Assembly (NCBI GenBank): GCA_034440375.1
Contig: JAWXBZ010000093.1
Span: 1-19,456, forward strand
Source: Candidatus Eiseniibacteriota bacterium
GTDB lineage: Bacteria; Eisenbacteria; RBG-16-71-46; JABDJR01; JAWXBZ01
Direction of reading: 5' to 3'
Length of the DNA stretch: 19,456 nucleotides
Within the stretch, counting starts at the first letter, position 1; every line of letters begins with the position of its first letter. The translations under genes and the position numbers were made by a program. Positions 1-11,011 of this stretch are shown one piece after another. The notes under the pieces are model-generated. The model made no database searches, was not told the origin of the DNA, and was given only the letters and a program-made list of their open reading frames with translations.

Positions 1-20
1 TCCCACCCCCGTACGGTAAT

Positions 21-3370
<3,350 letters not shown>

Positions 3371-3374
<4 letters not shown>

Positions 3375-3901
3375 CCCGCGTCCTGTTCCTGGATGTCGAC
3401 GGCACGCTCACCGATGGCGGCATCATTCTTGGCGAACGGGACGACCTGCGCCGATTCCATGCCCATGACGGGGTCGGCATCCGGCTTGCGATGCTGGCCG
3501 ACATCGAGGTCGTTTTCCTGTCAGCCCGGGAAAATGCCGCGGCCGAACGGCGGGCCAGGGAGCTCGGTGCCCGGGCCATTCTCGGAGCGGCCAGGAAGCA
3601 TGAGCACGTGGCACGCGTCTGCGCCGAACTGGGGTGCACCACCGCCGACGCCGCTTTCGTCGGCGACGACTTACAAGACTTCTCGGGGATGAAAGCGTGC
3701 GGCCTGGCCATCGCCGTGGGCGACGCGGTCGCCGAGGTTCGGGAGGTGGCTCACTACGTCACTATCCGGAATGGCGGTTACGGAGCGGTTCGAGAGGCGG
3801 TCGAGTGGCTGCTCCGGCGGGAAGGGCGCTGGGAGGAAACGCTGTCGCAGTTTCTTTCGACCAGCGATTTCGTGATCCGGAAGGACGCGGGCGCGCGGTG
3901 A
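3371..3901 (+). CDS. kdsC: Kdo-8-phosphate phosphatase (HAD superfamily)
   Basis: LDVDGTLTDG, HDGVGI, FVGDDLQD, GGYGAVREAVE; GTGA overlap with the kdsA stop. Confidence 0.92.
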
Positions 3902-3917
3902 CGGGCGAACGCTGCCC

Positions 3918-4904
3918 ATGAGCGATGATCGCGAGGCACTTCTGGCCGCCGCCCGTCAGGTCATCGAGGCCGGGCGTGATGCCATCATCGGCCTCTCCGA
4001 CGCACTCGACGAACGATTCCTGGCCGCGGTCGAGCTGCTCGACAAGGCGCGGGGACGCATCGTCGTGACCGGCATCGGAAAGTCGGGTCTTGTCGGCGCC
4101 AAGATTGCGGCCACGTTGAGCTCGACCGGCACGCCGGCCCTGTTCCTGCACACTTCCGACGCGCTCCACGGTGATCTCGGAGTCGTGACGAAGGATGATG
4201 TGGTGCTGGCCTTCTCGAAGAGTGGCCGGACAGCGGAGTTGACGCAATTGTTGCCGCTGCTGGCGCGCCTTGGCGTGCCCGTGGTGGCCCTGGTGGCTGA
4301 TCTCGATTCACCGTTGGCCCGGGCGGCCCGGATTACGCTGCCGCTTGGACGGGTCCGCGACGCCGGACCGGAGGATCTGATTCCCACGGCTTCGACGACG
4401 GCGGCAATGACCCTTGGCGACGCGCTCGCCGTGGCCCTCATGCACCGGCGCGGCTTCGATGCGCGAAGCCTGGCATTCATTCACACCGGCGGCCTGATCG
4501 GCCGCCAGGCCGGATTGACGGTGGCAGAGATCATGCACTCCGGCGAGGCATTGCCGGCGGTGCCCCAGACGGCCACGCTCCGGGAAGCCCTGGTCGAGAT
4601 CCTGGGAAAGAAGCTCGGTGTGACGACGGTCACCGGGGCCTGTGGCCGCCTGGCCGGCATCCTCACCGACGGCGACCTGAAACGGATCTTTCTGTCCGAC
4701 ATGGGCGCCGCGGCGCTGGACCAGCCGGTGTCTTTGTTCATGAGCAATCGTCCGCGCACGATCAATCGGGAGGCACCCGTGGCCGAGGCGGTTCGGGTCA
4801 TGGAGGACCCGGCTCAGGGATTTGTGACCTCACTGGTGGTGATTGATGATGTCGACCGCGCGGCCGGAATCGTGCACCTGCATGATTGTCTGAAGCCAGC
4901 CTGA
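3918..4904 (+). CDS. kdsD: Arabinose-5-phosphate isomerase (KpsF/GutQ family; SIS domain plus CBS pair)
   Basis: IVVTGIGKSG, KIAATLSSTGTPA, ALHGDLG, PTASTT, GDALAVAL, GILTDGDL, C-terminal HLHD; located in the kds cluster. Confidence 0.92.
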   Translation: MSDDREALLAAARQVIEAGRDAIIGLSDALDERFLAAVELLDKARGRIVVTGIGKSGLVGAKIAATLSSTGTPALFLHTSDALHGDLGVVTKDDVVLAFSKSGRTAELTQLLPLLARLGVPVVALVADLDSPLARAARITLPLGRVRDAGPEDLIPTASTTAAMTLGDALAVALMHRRGFDARSLAFIHTGGLIGRQAGLTVAEIMHSGEALPAVPQTATLREALVEILGKKLGVTTVTGACGRLAGILTDGDLKRIFLSDMGAAALDQPVSLFMSNRPRTINREAPVAEAVRVMEDPAQGFVTSLVVIDDVDRAAGIVHLHDCLKPA

Positions 4905-4912
4905 TATCGAAA

Positions 4913-4928
4913 TGGCATATTAGTTGCT
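4913..4928 (+). promoter_or_regulatory. Putative sigma54 (-24/-12) element TGGCATATTAGTTGCT
   Basis: Matches TGGCA-N6-TTGC(A/T) with exact GG-N10-GC spacing, in the only sizeable AT-rich intergenic gap of the window. Confidence 0.65.
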
Positions 4929-4955
4929 TGACCGGACCCCCCAAGGTCGGATACT
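4928..4955 (+). promoter_or_regulatory. Putative sigma70-type promoter TTGACC-N16-GATACT
   Basis: -35 matches TTGACA at 5/6 and -10 matches TATAAT at 4/6; AT-rich sequence follows; GGGAG SD precedes ATG 5001. Confidence 0.45.
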
Positions 4956-5000
4956 TACTTATATGATGACAAATCACGAGACAATTTCCCGGGAGCAGCG

Positions 5001-6485
5001 ATGACGGCACAATCGACCACCGATCTGGGTCGGATGATTCGCTGCCATGCCGGTCGATTCCTCATGGAATCACTGGCTCGGTGCCCCCGCCCGATTGGAC
5101 TGCGAATCGGGCGCCGCCTTGGATCGCTCGGATTTCGGCTGGTCCGGAGGGATCGATGGATCGCCCGAGACAACCTCGCGCACGCCTGGCCGGAACTGTC
5201 CGAAGTGGAACAGGGGGTTCTGGCCCGTGCGGTGTTCGAACGCCTCGGAGAGAACATCTTCGACGTGGCGGCCCTTCCGCGTTGGAGTCCGGAAGAACGG
5301 CGGCGCCGTCTTGACGTGGCCGGTCTTGATCATCTGACCGCCGCCCTGGCGGCGGGGCATGGCGTCATCCTGATCGGGGGTCACCAGGGGGCATGGGAGC
5401 TCATCGCACCCGCGCTCTCCGATCGAGGCGTGTCGGTCATTGGGCTTGCCCGGCCGATTCGTGAAGCCCGGCTCGATCAGTGGCTGGATGCGCATCGCGC
5501 AGCAATCGGTACGCAAACCATCAAGGTCGGTGGCCTGGCTGCCGCCCGCAGGGCGCACCGGATCCTCGCGGATGGCGGCGTCCTCGGGCTTCTGATCGAT
5601 CACCGTGTTCGAAACGGGGGGCGATGGTTCGACTTCTTCGGCCGCCCGTCACGATTTGCCACGGGGCCAGCCCGGCTGGCCATCGCCACCGGGGCGACCC
5701 TGGTGCCGGTGACCATCGGCCGGCGCGAGGACGGCGGGCATCGAATCACGATCGGCCCGGCCATTCTTCCCGTCGGGGCGGGACCTTTGTCCGTCGACCG
5801 TCTGCTGGGGGAGGCCGTTGCGGCGCTGGAGCAGATGATCCGCCGGGACCCGGCCTCCTGGGCCTGGATGCATCCCCGATGGGGCCGGCCGGTGCGGCTC
5901 TGCGGGGCGAAAACCTCCAGCGCCGCCGTCCAACCTGGCCTGTCACTTCCAGCTCTGCTCACGCTTTCATCTCTCCTTGCCGGTGCGGCCCTGTTCGCGA
6001 CGGGATGCAGCGAGTCAAAGCCCCCGGGTGGCGCTCCCGCCAACGAGGAGTCGAGTTCCATGCTTGCCGGCGTCACGCTTCGGGAAACTTTCGACGGACA
6101 GCTGCGCTGGGTTCTCAAGGCCGATTCCTCGGAGACCTTTCGCCAGCCCGATCAGACCATTGCCACCCGGGTGCATGTCGATTTCTACAACTCGACCGGG
6201 CAGATCACATCGGTCCTGACGGCTGACGAGGGCGTCGTCCAGCGCAGCAATAACGACATGACGGCCCGGGGTCACGTCCTCGTCGTCACGGCACAGGGCG
6301 ATACGCTGACCACCGAACGGCTCGACTGGAGCAGCGTGCAAAACCGCGTGAAGACCGATCTGCCGTTCCGCCTGGCCCGGCCGGACGGCGTGATGACCGG
6401 GGTGGGCTTCGAGAGCAATCCCGATCTCACTGACTACACGACACAGCAGGTGCGAATCGATGCCCGTGACCGTCCCCATGACTGA
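5001..6485 (+). CDS. Fusion: LpxL/HtrB-family lipid A acyltransferase (aa ~1-294), hydrophobic segment (aa ~314-335), LptC-like beta-jellyroll domain (aa ~336-494)
   Basis: N-part: HQGAWE (HxxxxE), [26 protein letters not shown]-part: [49 protein letters not shown], typical of LptC. Directly upstream of lptB, with no internal stop codon. Confidence 0.85.
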   Translation: MTAQSTTDLGRMIRCHAGRFLMESLARCPRPIGLRIGRRLGSLGFRLVRRDRWIARDNLAHAWPELSEVEQGVLARAVFERLGENIFDVAALPRWSPEERRRRLDVAGLDHLTAALAAGHGVILIGGHQGAWELIAPALSDRGVSVIGLARPIREARLDQWLDAHRAAIGTQTIKVGGLAAARRAHRILADGGVLGLLIDHRVRNGGRWFDFFGRPSRFATGPARLAIATGATLVPVTIGRREDGGHRITIGPAILPVGAGPLSVDRLLGEAVAALEQMIRRDPASWAWMHPRWGRPVRLCGAKTSSAAVQPGLSLPALLTLSSLLAGAALFATGCSESKPPGGAPANEESSSMLAGVTLRETFDGQLRWVLKADSSETFRQPDQTIATRVHVDFYNSTGQITSVLTADEGVVQRSNNDMTARGHVLVVTAQGDTLTTERLDWSSVQNRVKTDLPFRLARPDGVMTGVGFESNPDLTDYTTQQVRIDARDRPHD

Positions 6486-7236
6486 TCGCGCCGGGCGCTC
6501 CGCCCTTGCGTCCACGGACGTTCTCTCGGCCATCGACCTGGTCCGCTACTACGGCAAGACCCGGGTGGTCGACGGCGTCAGCCTCACGGTGAGCCCCGGG
6601 CAGGTTGTGGGGCTTCTGGGTCCGAACGGTGCCGGCAAGACGACGACTTTCTACATGATCGTGGGCCTCCTGGCGCCAACATCGGGGAGCATCCGACTGG
6701 GCCAGGCCGACCTGACGCGCATGCCGATGTACCGCAGAGCCCGGCTCGGCGTCGGCTATCTGCCGCAGGAGCCCTCCGTCTTTCGAAAACTGTCGGTGAA
6801 GGAGAATATCGAGGCCATCCTCGAAACGATGCCGATGACAAAAGTGGAGCGACGTGCCCGCCTGGAGGAGTTGCTGGCCGAGCTCGATTTGGGGAAGCTC
6901 GCCGATCGCAAAGCTTGGAACCTGTCGGGTGGTGAACGGCGGCGCCTGGAGATCACGCGCGCGCTGGCCTCGTACCCGCGATTCCTCCTGCTCGACGAAC
7001 CGTTCGTTGGCATCGATCCGATCGCGGTTGCCGAGATCCAGGAGATCGTGCTGCGACTCAAGGCGAAGGGACTGGGGATTCTGATCACCGATCATAACGT
7101 GCGCGAGACCTTGTCCTCCACCGACCACGCGTTCATTATGTTCCAGGGGCGCATCAAGCTCTCGGGAACGGCCAGCCAACTGGCGGCGGATCCCGAGGCC
7201 AGGCGCCTCTATCTCGGAGAGAAGTTTCAACTGTGA
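6478..7236 (+). CDS. lptB: LPS export ABC transporter ATPase
   Basis: [80 protein letters not shown]. Start is ATG 6478 (or 6460), overlapping the upstream stop. Confidence 0.96.
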   Translation: MTDRAGRSALASTDVLSAIDLVRYYGKTRVVDGVSLTVSPGQVVGLLGPNGAGKTTTFYMIVGLLAPTSGSIRLGQADLTRMPMYRRARLGVGYLPQEPSVFRKLSVKENIEAILETMPMTKVERRARLEELLAELDLGKLADRKAWNLSGGERRRLEITRALASYPRFLLLDEPFVGIDPIAVAEIQEIVLRLKAKGLGILITDHNVRETLSSTDHAFIMFQGRIKLSGTASQLAADPEARRLYLGEKFQL

Positions 7237-7273
7237 TTCACCGGTCGATGGCACCTCGCGAAAGGACGCCGTA

Positions 7274-8710
7274 ATGGAGATGAGGCAGGGCCTGCGTCTG
7301 ACGCAGACGCAGAAGCTCGTCATGACGCCGAAGCTCCAGCAGGCGCTGAAACTGTTGCAGGCGCCGACACTGGAGCTGCAGCAGATGTTGAAGATGGAGA
7401 TGATCTCGAATCCACTCCTCGAGGAAGTCGACGAGCTGACCGAGGAACCGGAAAAGGAAACCTCCGCCGATGATTTCGGCGAGGAGAACCGCCTCGAACG
7501 TGACGAGGCCGAGCCCCAGGAAGCGCCCGAGTCGAATGAGGAAGTCGACTGGACCGAGTTCATGCAGCAGGGGTCGGACTCCTCCACGACCCGGTCGGAA
7601 GAACGGCACGAGGAATTCGTCGAACGGGTTCCGGTCTCGCGCCCCTCGCTGGACGAGCATCTGGCCGAGCAGCTCCGCTACCGTGGCCTTGGCGAAGACG
7701 CCGAGGCGATCGGCGACTACCTCATCGGTTCCATCGATGAGCGGGGCTATCTCACCATGACCATCGAAGAAGTGGCGGCCGAACTCGATCAGCCTGTCAC
7801 CCTGGTCGCGGAGGTTCTTTCGGCCGTTCAGACGCTCGATCCACCGGGCATCGGTGCCCGTGACCTGCGCGAGTGCCTGCTTTTGCAGCTCCGCGCGCGG
7901 GGTCACGAGGGGAGCCTCGCCTGGCGCATTGTCGACACGCACTTCGAAGACCTGGTTCGACGCCGGCAGATCGACATCGCCCGGGCGCTCAAGGTGCCGG
8001 TGGAGGAGGTGCAGACCGCGCTCGACCTGATCGGTACGCTCTCCCCGGTTCCGGGCAACCAGGTTTCCGGCGCCGACGCGCAGTACGTCTACCCGGATCT
8101 CATCGTCGAGCGGGTGGGGGAGGACTACGTCGTCACGCTCAACGATCGCAACGTGCCGCGGCTTCGCATCAGCTCGGCTTACGAGCATGTGCTGAAGGAT
8201 GGAGCGGCCGCCAACGGCGCGACGCGCGAATACGTGGTTACCAAGCTGAACTCCGCGCGCTGGCTGATCCAGACGATCGAGCAGCGGCGGAAGACGATGG
8301 TCAAGGTCATGCGGGCCATCGTCGTGGAGCAGCGTGATTTCTTTGACAGCGGGGTCTTCCACTTGAAGCCCCTGACGCTCCAGGACATTGCCAGCAAAAT
8401 CGGCATGCACGAATCGACGGTCAGCCGTGTGACCAGCGGCAAATACGTTCAGACTCCGCGCGGCGTGTTCGAACTCAAGTACTTTTTTTCGAGCGGACTC
8501 GACACGCAGGGAGGCGATGAAATTTCGGCCAAGAGTGCAAAGGCCATCATTGCCCGGATGATCGAGGGAGAGGACAAGCACGACCCGGTATCCGACCAGA
8601 AGCTGATGGACATGCTCCGGGCGCAGGGTCTCGACATCGCCCGGCGCACGGTGGCCAAGTATCGTGAACAGTTGAACATTCCGAACGCCCGGTTTCGCAA
8701 GCGTCATTGA
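7274..8710 (+). CDS. rpoN: RNA polymerase sigma-54 factor
   Basis: Gln/Leu-rich region I, NPLLE, DPPGIGARDLRECLLLQL, HESTVSRV, RpoN box ARRTVAKYRE; SD AAGGA. Confidence 0.98.
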   Translation: MEMRQGLRLTQTQKLVMTPKLQQALKLLQAPTLELQQMLKMEMISNPLLEEVDELTEEPEKETSADDFGEENRLERDEAEPQEAPESNEEVDWTEFMQQGSDSSTTRSEERHEEFVERVPVSRPSLDEHLAEQLRYRGLGEDAEAIGDYLIGSIDERGYLTMTIEEVAAELDQPVTLVAEVLSAVQTLDPPGIGARDLRECLLLQLRARGHEGSLAWRIVDTHFEDLVRRRQIDIARALKVPVEEVQTALDLIGTLSPVPGNQVSGADAQYVYPDLIVERVGEDYVVTLNDRNVPRLRISSAYEHVLKDGAAANGATREYVVTKLNSARWLIQTIEQRRKTMVKVMRAIVVEQRDFFDSGVFHLKPLTLQDIASKIGMHESTVSRVTSGKYVQTPRGVFELKYFFSSGLDTQGGDEISAKSAKAIIARMIEGEDKHDPVSDQKLMDMLRAQGLDIARRTVAKYREQLNIPNARFRKRH

Positions 8711-8732
8711 CGCTCATCTGAGGTAAGGCACA

Positions 8733-9104
8733 ATGAGACTACAGATCACCACCCGTCACTATGAATTGCCGGCCGACCTGAAGAGCCTTGCCGAGGAGCG
8801 ACTCACGAGGCTCAAGAGGTTTTTTGATCAGATCATGGACATCGGCCTGGTGCTGTCCACCGAGAAGCACCGCAACCACGCCGAAATCACGCTCCGGGTC
8901 GGGGGACATGACTGGGCGGCGAGCGCGGAGGCCGCTGACATGCGCTCGGCCATCGATGATGCCGCGGCCAAGATCGAGATTCAGCTCAAGAAGTACAAGG
9001 ATCGACTGACGGACAAGAAGGGACGAACTCATCTGGGCGAGGCCATGGCCGACGAGGTGGCAGAGGCCGAGTCGGGCGTGGTGGAGTTCGAGGAAGAGAG
9101 TTGA
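8733..9104 (+). CDS. hpf: Ribosome hibernation promoting factor (HPF/RaiA family, short form with acidic tail)
   Basis: ITTRHYEL, AEITL, DMRSAIDDAAAKIEIQLKKYKDRL; canonical position after rpoN. Confidence 0.9.
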   Translation: MRLQITTRHYELPADLKSLAEERLTRLKRFFDQIMDIGLVLSTEKHRNHAEITLRVGGHDWAASAEAADMRSAIDDAAAKIEIQLKKYKDRLTDKKGRTHLGEAMADEVAEAESGVVEFEEES

Positions 9105-9107
9105 TTC

Positions 9108-10100
9108 GTGGCCACGCATGACGGGGGAACCGATTCGGTAAAGGAAATTCCGGTCTCCCGGCTCGCCGAACAAAAGGACATGGAGTTGACGCTCCTCACG
9201 GAGTCGATTGATTCACCCGTGCCGATCACCGTCAGCGACATCAATCGACCGGGCCTGGCCATGGCCGGTTTCGTCGAGAACTTCCTGGTCGAGCGAATCC
9301 AGGTCATCGGGCAGACGGAAGTGGCCCTCCTCGAGAGCCTCACGCCACCGGCCAGGTATGAGGCCATCAACCGGCTCTTGCAGTTCCAGGTGCCGTGCAT
9401 CGTGGTGGCGAAGGACCTCGACCTGCCGGTCGAACTGATCGAGGGGGCCGCCCGTCGGGGCATTCCCGTTCTCAAGACCCCGATGTCGACCACCCCGTTC
9501 ATTCACGAGTTGACGGCCTATCTGGATGATGTCTTCGCGCCGACCGTGGCAATCCACGGATCGCTGGTCGATGTCTATGGCGTTGGCCTCCTGTTCACCG
9601 GGCGGAGCGGCGTCGGCAAGAGTGAGTGCGCGCTCGACCTGGTGGAGCGCGGACACCGGCTGGTGGCGGATGACGTGGTCACCGTGAAGCGACGACACAC
9701 CAGTGTCCTGATCGGCCAGGCCAACCAGACCCTCGGCCATTACATGGAGATTCGGGGCATCGGCCTCCTGGATCTGCAGAGCATCTTCGGTATTCGGGCC
9801 ATCCGGTTTCAGAAGCGCATCGAAGTGGAGGTGCGCCTCGAGGATTGGGACAACAGTCAGGCCTACGAACGGATCGGTCTTGATGACAAGATGACCTCGC
9901 ACCTCGGCATCAAGATTCCCATCGTGACGGTTCCGATCAACCCGGGGAAGAACATCACGGTCATCGGTGAAGTCATCGCGCTGAACTACCTGGTCAAGGC
10001 CTATGGCTTCGATCCGGCGCGGGAGTTCGAAAAACGCCACAGCGAGATGCTGGGCAAGAATGCCCGTCTGCAGCGGTTGGCCCGGGACGACTCGGAGTGA
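9108..10100 (+). CDS. hprK: HPr kinase/phosphorylase
   Basis: INRPGLAMAGF, HGSLVDVYGVGLL, Walker A GRSGVGKSE, RGHRLVADD, MEIRGIG; start uncertain (GTG 9108). Confidence 0.96.
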   Translation: MATHDGGTDSVKEIPVSRLAEQKDMELTLLTESIDSPVPITVSDINRPGLAMAGFVENFLVERIQVIGQTEVALLESLTPPARYEAINRLLQFQVPCIVVAKDLDLPVELIEGAARRGIPVLKTPMSTTPFIHELTAYLDDVFAPTVAIHGSLVDVYGVGLLFTGRSGVGKSECALDLVERGHRLVADDVVTVKRRHTSVLIGQANQTLGHYMEIRGIGLLDLQSIFGIRAIRFQKRIEVEVRLEDWDNSQAYERIGLDDKMTSHLGIKIPIVTVPINPGKNITVIGEVIALNYLVKAYGFDPAREFEKRHSEMLGKNARLQRLARDDSE

Positions 10101-10504
10101 CCGTTCCCGCCCGGGTGCCGGCCCTTCTGGTGGGACACGGGAATTTTGCCCGCTCGCTCTTGTCCGTGGCCGAGGCGATTTCCGGACCGGTCGATGACAT
10201 TCCCTGCCTTTCCAACGAAGGGCGCTCGCCTGAAAGATTGGCGGCCGAAATCAAGTCGGGGCTTGATCGACTCGGACTGCCGGCTCTGCTCCTGGTCGAT
10301 GTGGCCAATGGATCGTGCTTCGCCGCCGCCCGCCGGGCCTCGCGCGGCCTCCGTGACGCCCACCTGCTCACCGGCGTCAATCTACCCCTCCTGCTCACCT
10401 TCCTCCAGAATCGCGATCGATTGGGCGTGGAGGAACTCGTGGCGCATGTGCTCGAGCGGGGGCGAACCGGTCTTGCCCGACACCGGGATGGAGACGGCAC
10501 GTGA
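10097..10504 (+). CDS. PTS mannose/fructose/sorbose-family IIA component
   Basis: LLVGHGNFA (phospho-His), LLLVDVANGS, TGVNLPLLL; GTGA overlap. Confidence 0.9.
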   Translation: MTVPARVPALLVGHGNFARSLLSVAEAISGPVDDIPCLSNEGRSPERLAAEIKSGLDRLGLPALLLVDVANGSCFAAARRASRGLRDAHLLTGVNLPLLLTFLQNRDRLGVEELVAHVLERGRTGLARHRDGDGT

Positions 10505-10989
10505 GTGTTCTCCTGGTCCGGATAGATGACCGTCTCATCCATGGTCAGGTGTCGGTCGGCTGGGCCACCCACCTCCGACCCGACCTGATTCTTGTTCTCG
10601 ATGACGAGGTGGCTGCGGATAACTGGGAAAACGACCTGGTCTGCGCGGCCTGTCCGGATTCCGTACGCGCCCGCGTCATGCGAATCGCGGAGGGCTCCCG
10701 TTTCCTTTCCGACGAAGCACCGTCCGCCGATCGAATCGTCGTGCTGTTGCGGGGAACGAAGCAGGCGCGCCTGATGCTCGATGGTGGATTCCGGCCCCAA
10801 TCGATCAACATCGGCGGACTGCACCATCACGAAGGGAGTCGCAGCCTTCTTCCGTTCGTCTATCTCGATTCGTCGGAAGTGGCCGATCTGCGTTACCTGG
10901 CGGATCATGGTGTCGGGCTGAGCGCCCAGGACCTGCCGGGCAATCGAAGCGTCGACCTGGTGCCGCTCCTTCCTGATCCCGTCCGGTGA
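10501..10989 (+). CDS. PTS mannose/fructose/sorbose-family IIB component
   Basis: LVRIDDRLIHGQV signature, INIGGLH, AQDLPG; GTGA overlap. Confidence 0.93.
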   Translation: MSVLLVRIDDRLIHGQVSVGWATHLRPDLILVLDDEVAADNWENDLVCAACPDSVRARVMRIAEGSRFLSDEAPSADRIVVLLRGTKQARLMLDGGFRPQSINIGGLHHHEGSRSLLPFVYLDSSEVADLRYLADHGVGLSAQDLPGNRSVDLVPLLPDPVR

Positions 10990-11011
10990 GCGGTCATTCG
11001 GCGGCCGCTTC

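Noticed and set aside
7249-7264. TGGCAC just upstream of rpoN as a second sigma54 site
   Set aside because: No GC at the -12 position (GG-N10-AA)
7238-8707. 489-aa minus-strand ORF
   Set aside because: Antisense mirror of rpoN
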